Below, piece after piece: positions 18,801-27,400 of a stretch of 64,000 nt of DNA. The position numbers and the translations under genes were made by a program. Under the pieces are notes generated by a model. The model searched no databases. It saw only the letters and a list, made by a program, of their open reading frames with translations, and was not told the origin of the DNA. The DNA comes from Candidatus Iainarchaeum sp. (GTDB lineage Archaea; Iainarchaeota; Iainarchaeia; Iainarchaeales; UBA10191): NCBI GenBank assembly GCA_030649735.1, contig JAUSFL010000036.1, positions 79,283-143,282 of the forward strand. The letters run 5' to 3'. Position 1 is the first letter of the stretch. Each line of letters begins with the position of its first letter.

Positions 18801-19686
18801 CGGCTGGTTTACAGCGCCAGAAATTTACAACAACATTTTCCTAGTGGGGCCGGAAGATGGACTGACCAGTGGAATGACATATATCCTAAATCTTACTGCC
18901 TACCATGACACCGCCGGCGATCACGGCTATGCAATGAATTCAAAAGTTTACAATAACACAGTGATTTCTGAAAACACTAATGCATCTTACGGAATTACTT
19001 TTGCAGCATTCAGCACGGCAAGCTCTGGCCACAGGGTTTACAACAATGTGTTCAAAACAAAAGGAATGATGGGCACTTACTTATTCAATAATGGCGCCAC
19101 AATGGAAGAGTCAGGAAACAATGTCTTCTACAGTGCTGCGGGATTGCTTCGCTCAGACTTGAGGTATGTCGGGCCGACAGACAGGATTTTGACTGCAGAG
19201 CCGGCTTTAGGGACAGATTACAGGCCGACAGCAGGAAGCAGCCTAATTAACGCGGGCAGAAATCTTGGAGCAGGATATTACAACTTTGATTATGCAGGAA
19301 CTAACCGAAATTCTTACGCTCCATGGGACATTGGCGCTTTTGAGTATTACTCTGGACAGCCCCCAATTTGCACTCCTTCATGGTCTTGCACTGCCTGGTC
19401 TCCAACAGCCTGTCCTCAAAGCCAAACGCAAACACGAACTTGCACTGACTCACAAGACTGCGGAACAACTTCAGGCAAGCCCGCAGAAACACAAACTTGC
19501 ATTTACATTCCGCCAATAACCTGCTTTGACTTGACTGGCGATTCTAAAGTCGATGTTTTTGACCTGGTTTTTGTAAGCCTGCGCTTGGGAAATCCTGCAA
19601 GCGACCCTGCGGATGTCTTTGGAAACGACGGAGTCAACATTCAAGACCTGCAGGCAGTCGCTGGACAGTTAGGGCAGAATTGCTGA
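15877..19686 (+). CDS. Giant secreted surface protein: LamG_3/ConA-like lectin domain – Cys-rich region – dystroglycan-type cadherin-like domain – right-handed parallel beta-helix (PbH1 repeats) – C-terminal dockerin-like module
   Basis: Signal peptide 'MNKSRKFIGVALAFFTILLA'. LamG_3 pattern: 'GTLAGNASFVAGKFGNAASFDGTNSYITV…WVHVALTF…RIVYINGQP'. Cadherin-like: 'PPILSAIGNKTVTAGQQLQFTVSATDPESNPLTYSASNLPSGATFNS…FSWTPT'. Beta-helix: many 'hNNtV/IYNN' repeats. C-terminal module 'C…DLTGDSKVDVFDLVFV…GNDGVNIQDLQAVA…C' resembles the dockerin duplicated Ca-binding segment. Confidence 0.7.
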   Translation: MNKSRKFIGVALAFFTILLAQLVLAIPEPAALWKFDESSGSTAFDTKGAYNGTLAGNASFVAGKFGNAASFDGTNSYITVGTGKFGITTEFSMAYWIFLKGSTGTSQAIIARSAFTRPFVANLESNLRQRFGVRTSTTSYLTATSAIPLSQWVHVALTFKSGERIVYINGQPITTDAWIGSLNWVSDNEITVIGMNPGSPYSNPLNANLDDLRVYNTALSAAEVQELYSGIVQPPTCTLPQILCGANCITPACTSSAQCNDSNPNTTDTCNNAGTCTANCTHTPITPPSTVYVGGAEVNTEYDTYVTPQCLSILNTKRILMAGKSNQHYMFIGTRRFDSGMAIDEGPQNVPGLTNYGYEPYNGENIPANIFSGISGQKTVYYSVIDSSNRYAEFNAFFRNIPFSGNGYTYTYNFSDDGVDAAMMDPRLWSTPEILYSSYTSTFDALQADFPAIKFIYFTHIYYGNDQTLQGIPEAYNNMIYQNKLGQVPIFDWGDIVSTQQSIGGTTCTRQLNNPLAAWNNSACVCKYTDGYRHGCSGYDGTHYSDPAMEDRMGKAYLLMLAKLFCTAPPANNPPILSAIGNKTVTAGQQLQFTVSATDPESNPLTYSASNLPSGATFNSSTRAFSWTPTTTQAGTYSNVNFSVSDGQASDSEAITITVNSETPPTGEQIFISQSGTGTGASCSSPRNAAWFNTAANWGTGAGKISAGDTVHLCGAINFQPLQGGLRIYGSGTAGNPITVYFEPNAKLSAPVFGGDYGDSSGGAIDTRNNNYLIIDGGTNGIIESTDTGMVGYFTYYRQSSTNYNIPANIGVAIGYSNNVEVKNLNINNLFQSIGTEPCGCGYTDRMGAVGKNTGAAAFRFSNATNIKIHHNTVTMAGIGIGAGIYGNANIEIYNNVFRKIGAATHIGVSGATAEKTLDIHDNRIEDTTDWGYNDGLKIFGDMIPFSGIKIHNNTIGPNMSRTGHPSTAWVLISDGWFTAPEIYNNIFLVGPEDGLTSGMTYILNLTAYHDTAGDHGYAMNSKVYNNTVISENTNASYGITFAAFSTASSGHRVYNNVFKTKGMMGTYLFNNGATMEESGNNVFYSAAGLLRSDLRYVGPTDRILTAEPALGTDYRPTAGSSLINAGRNLGAGYYNFDYAGTNRNSYAPWDIGAFEYYSGQPPICTPSWSCTAWSPTACPQSQTQTRTCTDSQDCGTTSGKPAETQTCIYIPPITCFDLTGDSKVDVFDLVFVSLRLGNPASDPADVFGNDGVNIQDLQAVAGQLGQNC

Positions 19687-19701
19687 AAATAAAGTGAGCT
19701 A

Positions 19702-20385
19702 ATGAAAAAAATTACAACTCCCTGCAAACCAGATTACAAGAAGCAGATTTTCTCTGAAGGACTGAATTATTTTGCTACTGGAAAAAAATCAATTTGGGGA
19801 AGCGGCGACAAAGAAACACTGAAATTCTTAAAGAAAGAAAAAATCAGGGGAAAATGGCTTAATTTAGCGGCGGGCGACGGTCGTTATAATTTGAAACTGC
19901 TGAGAAAAGCAGGTTTTGTTATCGCTTCAGACATTGACAAAAGCGCATTAAGCAAATTATACCAGGGAACCCCAAAAGAATATCTGCCAAAATTGAGGAT
20001 TAAAGTTTTTGACATTACTAAAAGATTTCCTTTTAAGGATTCTTCATTTGACGGGATTTTCAGCGCGGGGGTCCTGCACCTTTTTTCAACTCAAATTCTT
20101 AAAAAGATTGTTCATGAAATGGACAGAACACTAAATGCTAAAGGAAAAGTCCTGATCGACTTTGCCACAGACATTAAGAGAGTCTCAAAAAACGGAGAAT
20201 TAATCGTGTTTGAAAGTGAGCCGCAATACAAATTAAACGAGGCCAAGAAACTGCTTAAAACTGCTTTCAAAAAGTACAGGGTTAAAATTCACGAACTGCG
20301 TGTTTTTGAAGAAGAATTCAAAGCAGTCGATAAGCAATACAATTTCAGCTGTAAGGGATTCTTGCTAGTGGCTGAAAAAAATTAA
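19702..20385 (+). CDS. Class I SAM-dependent methyltransferase
   Basis: Motif I 'WLNLAAGDGRY' and motif II 'ASDID'. Confidence 0.6.
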   Translation: MKKITTPCKPDYKKQIFSEGLNYFATGKKSIWGSGDKETLKFLKKEKIRGKWLNLAAGDGRYNLKLLRKAGFVIASDIDKSALSKLYQGTPKEYLPKLRIKVFDITKRFPFKDSSFDGIFSAGVLHLFSTQILKKIVHEMDRTLNAKGKVLIDFATDIKRVSKNGELIVFESEPQYKLNEAKKLLKTAFKKYRVKIHELRVFEEEFKAVDKQYNFSCKGFLLVAEKN

Positions 20386-20397
20386 AAAGAAAGGAAT

Positions 20398-20685
20398 TCA
20401 CTTCTTTTCAGCAAATTCCATCTTTTTCATTCTTTTAGGAATTATGAAATAGCAGATTTGATGGCAAACAACGCATTCAGCCAAGAAGGCGGGCTTTTTG
20501 TTCTGCTTTTTTGGCTGTTTTGGGAATTTTGACTTTCCGCCATATCCTTGCTTTGTCTTAAACAAGTGCTTTCTCTGGCCCTTGCTTACTGCCCTTGCAG
20601 CAGCTGGCTTGAATTGCTTTAGCTTATGGTCAGTGTGCTTTTTGCACTTTTTACAGTAAGTCTTGATATTTTTTGGAATGTTCAT
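20398..20685 (-). CDS. rpl44e: Ribosomal protein L44e (eL42)
   Basis: 'IPKNIKTYCKKCKKHTDHK…GYGGKSK…AECVVCH' is the CxxC…CxxC zinc-ribbon pattern of L44e. Start trimmed to 'MNIPKNIKTYC'; the track ORF extends to 20715. Confidence 0.65.
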   Translation of the reverse strand: MNIPKNIKTYCKKCKKHTDHKLKQFKPAAARAVSKGQRKHLFKTKQGYGGKSKFPKQPKKQNKKPAFLAECVVCHQICYFIIPKRMKKMEFAEKK

Positions 20686-20857
20686 TCTAAAATTCACCGC
20701 TAGAATCTTTTTCAAAAAAGGCCTAAAAATTAGGTTTTTTGTTAGAAGATATTGCGGGGAAAAGCATTTATAATATTACTGCAAAAAAACCCAAAAAAGC
20801 GCGAAAAGCCTTAAAAACTAAAACAGCATTAGCTTTACGAGTTACAGGGTTTTTTCA

Positions 20858-21700
20858 ATGTTCAAGAGCTTGATTGGGAGTTTGGGCCAGATTGCCGCAA
20901 AACCGCAGGTTTTATTGGCCGGCATTATTGCAACAGTCTTCCAGACAATAATATTCTATTTTTCCCTGACGCCTTTGGCGAATGTATTTGATAATGCAGT
21001 ATTGCTTGGGGAACTGCCTAATGTAAGCCTGATTGAACTGCCTTTCCAGTTTTACAAAATGTACGCAAGCGACTTGAACGTAATTTTGGTTTTTCTCCTG
21101 CTTTCAATGATCGTGCAGTTCTGGCTTGCAATAGTTGTTGCAAGGTTTGCCGAGAACACAATGCACAAAAAGCAAGGCATTTTGGAGGCAATAGGGTTTG
21201 GGATTGCAAGCTTTTGGAAAATCATTGGGGCAATAGTTTTCCTATTGGCTGCCGCGGGGATTTTTTTTGCATTGTTTCAAATAATAATCTGGCTTTCGGA
21301 CTTTTCGCAAGAGCTTTCCCTGATTTTGATGCTCTTGCTTGCGGTCTTTACAGCTTACTTGTTTGTGAAACTGCTTTTTTTCCTCCAGATTATGGGGGCA
21401 AAGGCAGCGAATGCAAGGATTGCATTGCTGGAATCCTGGAATTTCAGCAAGAAAAGATTCTGGTTCATTGTAATATTGATTGTGATTCTTTCAATAATTG
21501 CGGGATTGATTGACTTTGCCGGAAGCCTTGCTTCAGAGCCTTTCGGAGACTCAATAATTGCGACAATTGTCCTGGCTTTCTTTTCAATCCTGGGAACGAC
21601 TTATTCAACACTGGTTTTGGCAAACTATTACCTGAACCATGAAGTAGAGCACGGAAAGCTCTTTTACGAAGGCCGCAGAAGGCATCATGAGAGCAAGTGA
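20858..21700 (+). CDS. Polytopic membrane protein, unknown function
   Basis: About 7 TM helices. No family recognised. Confidence 0.45.
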   Translation: MFKSLIGSLGQIAAKPQVLLAGIIATVFQTIIFYFSLTPLANVFDNAVLLGELPNVSLIELPFQFYKMYASDLNVILVFLLLSMIVQFWLAIVVARFAENTMHKKQGILEAIGFGIASFWKIIGAIVFLLAAAGIFFALFQIIIWLSDFSQELSLILMLLLAVFTAYLFVKLLFFLQIMGAKAANARIALLESWNFSKKRFWFIVILIVILSIIAGLIDFAGSLASEPFGDSIIATIVLAFFSILGTTYSTLVLANYYLNHEVEHGKLFYEGRRRHHESK

Positions 21701-22488
21701 TTCTTTTGGAAGAAAAAAAGCTTTTGATAATCTTAGCGATTGCCGTAATAGCAGTGGTTGCATTATTTGCTTTTGGTTTCCTTTTCATGGCCGCAAGGTT
21801 TGGCAATTTTTTCCCCGCTGAACATCCAGCCACAATGCTTATTATTGGAACTCCAAGCAAATACACAATGGAAGTTTTAAACGCAAATAGGGAATTGGTT
21901 TATCCAATAACAACCCGCACTGCTGACGCAATGTCGCGCAATTCAGAACAGCAATTAGCCCAATATGATATTGTAATGTTGGACCAGTCACAGCAAGAAA
22001 ATAAAGAAGTTTCCCGGGCTTTAGGGGAAGCCTTGCAAAAATACGTGAATTCTGGCGGAAAACTTATTACAGTGCTGGATTCTGGAATCAAAGAGCCAAA
22101 TGAATCCGGAAACATCGGGTGGAAAACAACTTTTGGAACAATCATTCCAGTGGAATGCAGGCTTGAAAGCATGACAAACCAGCCAGGCTGCACAAAGAAA
22201 GTCACGCTTAATGGAAGGATTTTTCCCGGAGCTTACGGGCACAATCATGCAATAATGAGGGGAATTACGCAATATCCTGCAGAACAGTCAAAGCTCTTAA
22301 GGGAAACCGTGCTTGACATTACAAACACAGGCAATGAAATAGCATACATTGAAGACGCAAGGACAAAAGTCCAGTACACTGCAATTACTGAAGCTCAGAC
22401 TCTTGTTGGAAAAAGCATTTACTTCAATTATGACCCCGGAACAACTCCGGCAATTCTTGAAACAACCTTAGACTACATGACCAAATAA
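21697..22488 (+). CDS. Membrane-anchored extracytoplasmic protein, unknown function
   Basis: N-terminal TM 'LLIILAIAVIAVVALFAFGFLFMAA'. Translationally coupled to the upstream gene. Confidence 0.45.
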   Translation: MILLEEKKLLIILAIAVIAVVALFAFGFLFMAARFGNFFPAEHPATMLIIGTPSKYTMEVLNANRELVYPITTRTADAMSRNSEQQLAQYDIVMLDQSQQENKEVSRALGEALQKYVNSGGKLITVLDSGIKEPNESGNIGWKTTFGTIIPVECRLESMTNQPGCTKKVTLNGRIFPGAYGHNHAIMRGITQYPAEQSKLLRETVLDITNTGNEIAYIEDARTKVQYTAITEAQTLVGKSIYFNYDPGTTPAILETTLDYMTK

Positions 22489-22529
22489 TGTAATGCGGGA
22501 AAAATTATCTTTAAAAGGAGTGATTTTAA

Positions 22530-23261
22530 ATGAAAAAAGCAATAATTTTGATTGCAATAATCGCATTGATTGCTCTAGCGGGCTGTTCACAGCCGCCAAG
22601 CAATCCGCCAACAACCCCTGCAGGGGCAAACAATAGAACAGCCCCCTCGGGAAATACTACAGCACCGCCGGGAAACAATGCAGGCACGGTCGCAAGCCAG
22701 CCTGCATTCAGCGACGTGGCAAGCAAGCTCTTGACAGCAAAGTTCAAGGCAACTTATCAAATGACTTCAACAGCACAACCCGGGCAAAACATTGAATCCA
22801 CCCAATACATGCTATACCCAAAGCAAAGAACAGACATGACAGTTGAAGGAAAAGAAATAAGGACTTTAATTAATCTTTCAAGCGGAGAGTACATTTCTTG
22901 CTTTAACAATTCAGGCTGGGCTTGCATGAAATTGCCAAATCCCCAAGCAGGAAGAACAGACACTGCTTTTGAAGCAAGCAAAAACCAAAGCGATTTTGAC
23001 ACTTCATTCGACGGCACAATGACTGTTGCAGGAAGGACTGGAAATTGCTACAAAATCTCCAAAAAAACAGGCATAATCTTAAAGTCAAGGATTTGCGCAA
23101 CAACTGACGGAATATTGCTTTACACAATGACTGAAACAGAGCAAGGAAGCAGTACAACCCAAGCGACTTCAATATCAACAGATGTTTCAGAAAGCGACTT
23201 TACGCCCCCGGCAACCCCTCAAGACTTGAGCGGAACAATTCCCGCAGGCCTGCCGCAGTAA
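22530..23261 (+). CDS. Secreted lipoprotein with Pro/Thr/Asn-rich linker
   Basis: Lipobox 'LIALAGC' and a low-complexity linker. Confidence 0.5.
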   Translation: MKKAIILIAIIALIALAGCSQPPSNPPTTPAGANNRTAPSGNTTAPPGNNAGTVASQPAFSDVASKLLTAKFKATYQMTSTAQPGQNIESTQYMLYPKQRTDMTVEGKEIRTLINLSSGEYISCFNNSGWACMKLPNPQAGRTDTAFEASKNQSDFDTSFDGTMTVAGRTGNCYKISKKTGIILKSRICATTDGILLYTMTETEQGSSTTQATSISTDVSESDFTPPATPQDLSGTIPAGLPQ

Positions 23262-23389
23262 AATTTTTGGAAAAGGGAAAAAAATTCCCTTTCCTTTTAT
23301 TTTTCATAAAAAAAACTCTCAAAGAAGACTTTTTAATCTTTAACTGCCTTCTAATATGGGATTTTCCAATAGGCAATAGCGGTTTTTTA

Positions 23390-26293
23390 ATGATAAAGCT
23401 CAAGAAATTAGAGTTCAAAAACTTCAAGTCTTTCAAGAAAGCCAGCATTCCAATGGCTGAAGGATTCACTGCAATTGCGGGCCCCAATGGATCGGGAAAA
23501 TCAAATATTTTAGACGGCTTGTTGTTTGTTTTGGGAATTACAAGCATGAAAATGCTCCGCGCCGACAAGCTTACAGAACTAGTCAATCACGAGGCAGAAG
23601 ACAGCACAGCGCGCGTTTCGCTGATTTTGAAAGACAAGGAGCAAGAGTTTGAAATCAGCAGAAGCATTGACAGGCAGGGAAAAAGCGTTTGCAGAATGAA
23701 CGAAAAGCGCTGCGGGCTCAATGAAATTGCAAGCTTTTTGAACGAGGTCGGAATAAAGCCGACAGGCTACAACATTGTCGTCCAAGGGGACATTACCAGA
23801 ATCATTCAAATGAGCCCTAAGGAAAGGCGCGGAATAATTGACGAAGCCGCAGGCATTAGGGAGTTTGACGAAAAGCGCGAGGAAGCGCTTAAAGAACTGG
23901 ACAAGGTTGAAATCAAAATCAAGGAAGTCCGCATAGTGCTTAATGAAAGAGAGCAATTCTTGCGCGAGCTCGCGAACGAGCGCGAGGCAGCGAACAAGTA
24001 CCTGCAATTGACGCGCGAGCTAAAGCAAAGCAAGGCAACGCTTTTCAAGCTCGAAATTGGCGAGTTGAATGCTGAAAACGCAAAGTTTGAAATGAAAGAA
24101 AGCAAGATTGCCGAAGAATTAAAGGCGTTCACAGACCAAAGGAATGAAGTTTCGCAAAGAATTGCCGAGCTTTCCGCAAAAATCGAAGAATTGAACAATT
24201 TCCTCATTTCCTCTGGAGAAAAAAACTTTGAAGAATTTGGAAGGGTTTTTGAAGAGAAAAAATCAGAGCTCCGCATTAGCGAGGAAAGAATCAGCGAAGG
24301 AAAAAAAGGCCTTGAAGAATTCACAAAAAGAGAAGAAAGCATTCACGGAGCATTAAAAGAGCTTGAGGAAAGGAAAAAACAGCTTGCCGAAGGCCTAAAG
24401 GCAGCCGCAAAAGAATTGAAAGCGCTTGAAGAAAAATTAAAGCAAGAGGCAAGCATCAAGGAAGGCAACATTAATGAATTGCAGAACGCGTTGCAAAAGG
24501 CGGCAAAAGCAATGGAAGAAAAGCGGGCTGAACTCCGGATTGCTGAAGAATTCGCAAAGCAAGACGCACGGGCAATCACTGAAAGAAAGAATCGCTCTGC
24601 AATCCTGAAAAGCCAATTGGAAAGCATTGAAGAAAGGAAAAGCCAGGTTTCTGGAAAATTCAAGGCAGAAAACGCAAAAGTCAAAGAGCTTCAAGGAAAA
24701 GTCTCAAAATTTGAAAGCGAAAAAGTGACTGAAAACTTGAATGACAGCATTAAAAAACACGGGATTCTGGAAGGAGAATTAAAGGGCTTAAAGGATTCCT
24801 TGAAGGAATTGAAAAAGGCGGCTGCAAAATGCCCTGTTTGCGAAGCAAGCCTTAAGGAATCAAGAAAAAAAGAGCTTGCTGAAAATAAGGAAAAAGAAAT
24901 CGCAAAGCTTGAATCCAAGGCAAGAACTCTGGAAGAAAAAACCAGAGAGTTTGAGGAAAAGTTTTCCGAATTAAGCCAAGCCAAAGCCGAATTCAACATA
25001 ATTAATTCTGGCTTTCAAAAAACAGAGTCTGAATTAAAGCACTTTGAAGAAAGAGCAGCTGAACTTTCAAAAGAATCAAAAGAAAACGAGAAACTGCTTT
25101 CAGAAATCGAGCTAAAAAATTCCAATGCAATCGAGCAAATCCCAAAACTGAAGCAACAGCTTGGAGAACTTGAAAGCGAGCATTCCAAAAGGCTTGAAAA
25201 GCACAACAGCATTCAAGAAATTGAAAGAGAATTCCAAAAACAAAGCAATGAAAGGCTGCGCCTGGAATTCGAAGAAAAAAGCAGTGCTGAAAGAATTGCA
25301 GAATTGGAAAAGGAAACTCCATCAATTGAAAAATCAAGCATTGAAATTGCGGAGAGAATAAAGCTTGAAAGCGAAAAAGCCAGGCATTTGGGCAAGGAAT
25401 TGCAGGAACTCGAAATCCAGCAGAAAAAAAGCCTTGAGAAAAACAAGCGCTGGCTTGACGAAAAAGAGCTATTGAAGGGAAAAAACGAAGAGGCTTTTGC
25501 AAAAAAGCAAAAAAGCGAAGAAATCATCAGAAAGCAGGAAATGCAATTAAACGAGCTTGCCTTGGAAAAAAGCAAGAATTCAGTTCGCTTGACAGACTTG
25601 CAGGAAGAGCAAAAGAATTTCATTGAAGAAAAAATCATTGAAAACATGAACTTGGATGCTTTGAGAAGGAGAATTCCCCAAATAGACAAGGAATTGAATT
25701 CTCTTGGCGCAATAAACATGAAGGCCTTGGAAAGCTTTGAGAATTTGGGAAGGGAAGTAGGGGAAGTGCGCGCAAAAGCCAACAAGCTAGAGGAAGAAAA
25801 AATTTCAGTAATGGACTTGATTCAAAAAATCGAGGTCAAAAGGCTTGAAGTGTTTGCAAACTGCTTCAACAAAGTCAATGAAAACTTCAACAAACTGTAC
25901 TTTGACTTCTTTGAAGGCAAAGGCGCTTTGCGCCTGACTGACGAGAAAAGCCCTTTCGAGGCAGGACTGATCATAGAAGTTGCCCACAAAAACAACAAGA
26001 CATTAAGCATTGACCTGATGAGCGGCGGAGAAAGGACTTTGGCCGCGCTTGCCTTCTTGTTTGCAATCCAATTCTATGAGCCTTCGCCATTTTACGTTTT
26101 TGACGAGGCAGACGCCGCACTCGATGACGCCAATTCCATAAAATTTGCGAACATGATCAAGGAAATTTCAAAGCAAAGCCAATTCATTGCAATAACCCAC
26201 AATGACGTTGTCATAAAGCAAGCCGACCAAATAATCGGAGTTGCAACCAACAAGCAAAAAAGCAGTTCAGTGATAGGGCTGAAAGTCCAGTGA
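23390..26293 (+). CDS. SMC-family ATPase (SMC-type head, long coiled coil with central Rad50-like CxxC hook)
   Basis: Walker A 'GPNGSGKSNILDGLLFVLG', the SMC signature 'LSGGERTLAALAFLFAIQFYEPSPFYVFDEADAALD', and D-loop/H-loop 'QFIAITHN'. The mid-coiled-coil 'KCPVCEASL' is where an SMC hinge would be. Start trimmed to 'MIKLKKLEFKNF'; the track ORF begins at 23267. Confidence 0.75.
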   Translation: MIKLKKLEFKNFKSFKKASIPMAEGFTAIAGPNGSGKSNILDGLLFVLGITSMKMLRADKLTELVNHEAEDSTARVSLILKDKEQEFEISRSIDRQGKSVCRMNEKRCGLNEIASFLNEVGIKPTGYNIVVQGDITRIIQMSPKERRGIIDEAAGIREFDEKREEALKELDKVEIKIKEVRIVLNEREQFLRELANEREAANKYLQLTRELKQSKATLFKLEIGELNAENAKFEMKESKIAEELKAFTDQRNEVSQRIAELSAKIEELNNFLISSGEKNFEEFGRVFEEKKSELRISEERISEGKKGLEEFTKREESIHGALKELEERKKQLAEGLKAAAKELKALEEKLKQEASIKEGNINELQNALQKAAKAMEEKRAELRIAEEFAKQDARAITERKNRSAILKSQLESIEERKSQVSGKFKAENAKVKELQGKVSKFESEKVTENLNDSIKKHGILEGELKGLKDSLKELKKAAAKCPVCEASLKESRKKELAENKEKEIAKLESKARTLEEKTREFEEKFSELSQAKAEFNIINSGFQKTESELKHFEERAAELSKESKENEKLLSEIELKNSNAIEQIPKLKQQLGELESEHSKRLEKHNSIQEIEREFQKQSNERLRLEFEEKSSAERIAELEKETPSIEKSSIEIAERIKLESEKARHLGKELQELEIQQKKSLEKNKRWLDEKELLKGKNEEAFAKKQKSEEIIRKQEMQLNELALEKSKNSVRLTDLQEEQKNFIEEKIIENMNLDALRRRIPQIDKELNSLGAINMKALESFENLGREVGEVRAKANKLEEEKISVMDLIQKIEVKRLEVFANCFNKVNENFNKLYFDFFEGKGALRLTDEKSPFEAGLIIEVAHKNNKTLSIDLMSGGERTLAALAFLFAIQFYEPSPFYVFDEADAALDDANSIKFANMIKEISKQSQFIAITHNDVVIKQADQIIGVATNKQKSSSVIGLKVQ

Positions 26294-26302
26294 GGAAAAA
26301 GA

Positions 26303-27400
26303 ATGCACGCTAAAAAACTGGTTTGCTTCAAGTGCGGGAAAGAATTTCCAGCAAATTCGAGAATTTTTTGGTGCTCTAAATGCGGCTATTCATTAGATGT
26401 TGAATACCATTATAGTGAAATCAAGAACTTGGTGGAAAGAGAAGAGTTTTTGAGGGCGCCAGTAAAGCACTGGAAGTACTGGATGTTCTATCCAGTGCAG
26501 GATTTGCAGAAAGTAGTTTCAATGCATGAGGGCGGAACAGCGCTAATTAAATCACGGCATTTCAAGGATTACTGGTTCAAGTTTGAAGGCGTAAACCCGA
26601 CAGGCAGTTTCAAGGACCGCGGTTCTACAATCGAAATAACCAAGGCAATTGAAAATTGCGAGAAAGAAGTCTTGTGCGCTAGCACTGGAAACATGGGCGC
26701 TTCAATTGCAGCTTATTCTGCACGCGCTGGAATTAAGGCAAGCATTTTCGTGCCAGAATTCGCAAGCAGTGAAAAAATCCGCCAGATTAAGGCTTATGGA
26801 GCAAGCGTTACAAAAGTAAAAGGAACTTACGACCACGCGCTGGAATTGACAAAAAAAATTTTTGAAAAAAAAGGCACTTACTTGACTGGAGATTATTATT
26901 ACAGGGCTGAAGGCCAAAAAAGCGTTGGATTTGAGATAATAGACCAGTTAAACTGGGAAAGTCCGGAAAACATCGTGTGCCCGGTAGGCAATGGCACTTT
27001 ATTGTTTGCTGTCTTCAAGGCATGCAAGGAATTTGCGAAAGTCGGCTTATTGAAAAGCATGCCCCGCATTTACGGAGTGCAGGCGACAGGCTGCAACCCA
27101 ATCAAAAAAGCCAAGGTTTTGCCAGTCAAAAACCCGAAAACTGAAGCAAGCGCCATTGACTGCGGAAACCCAGTTTACGGCCTTGAAGTCTTGAAAGCAA
27201 TCAAGGAATCAAAAGGACAGATTGCCGCGGTTTCTGACAAGGAAATGGCAAAAAGCATGAAAAGCCTTGCAAGCGAAGGCATTTTTGCAGAATTAAGCGG
27301 AGCAGCAAGCTTGGCCGGAGCATTAAAGCTTGGCTTGAAGGGAAAAACAGCGTGCATTGTTTCAGGCCACGGGTTGAAAGAAAGCAAAAGCTACTACTAG
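26303..27400 (+). CDS. thrC: Threonine synthase (with N-terminal zinc ribbon)
   Basis: PLP-lysine motif 'GSFKDRGS', the Gly-rich 'ASTGNMGASIAAY', and an N-terminal 'CFKCGKEF…CSKCGY'. Confidence 0.8.
   Translation: MHAKKLVCFKCGKEFPANSRIFWCSKCGYSLDVEYHYSEIKNLVEREEFLRAPVKHWKYWMFYPVQDLQKVVSMHEGGTALIKSRHFKDYWFKFEGVNPTGSFKDRGSTIEITKAIENCEKEVLCASTGNMGASIAAYSARAGIKASIFVPEFASSEKIRQIKAYGASVTKVKGTYDHALELTKKIFEKKGTYLTGDYYYRAEGQKSVGFEIIDQLNWESPENIVCPVGNGTLLFAVFKACKEFAKVGLLKSMPRIYGVQATGCNPIKKAKVLPVKNPKTEASAIDCGNPVYGLEVLKAIKESKGQIAAVSDKEMAKSMKSLASEGIFAELSGAASLAGALKLGLKGKTACIVSGHGLKESKSYY

Noticed and set aside
24343-25785. Long minus-strand ORFs inside the SMC gene (24343..24684, 24691..24999, 25002..25502, 25213..25785), and similar antisense ORFs inside ftsZ (35712..36506), L10 (31111..31743), AMPpase (38182..38898), L11/Spt5 (34289..35307) and others
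   Set aside because: They are shadow ORFs opposite strongly supported genes. The coiled-coil codon bias (GAA/AAG repeats) yields long Ser/Phe/Leu-rich antisense frames.
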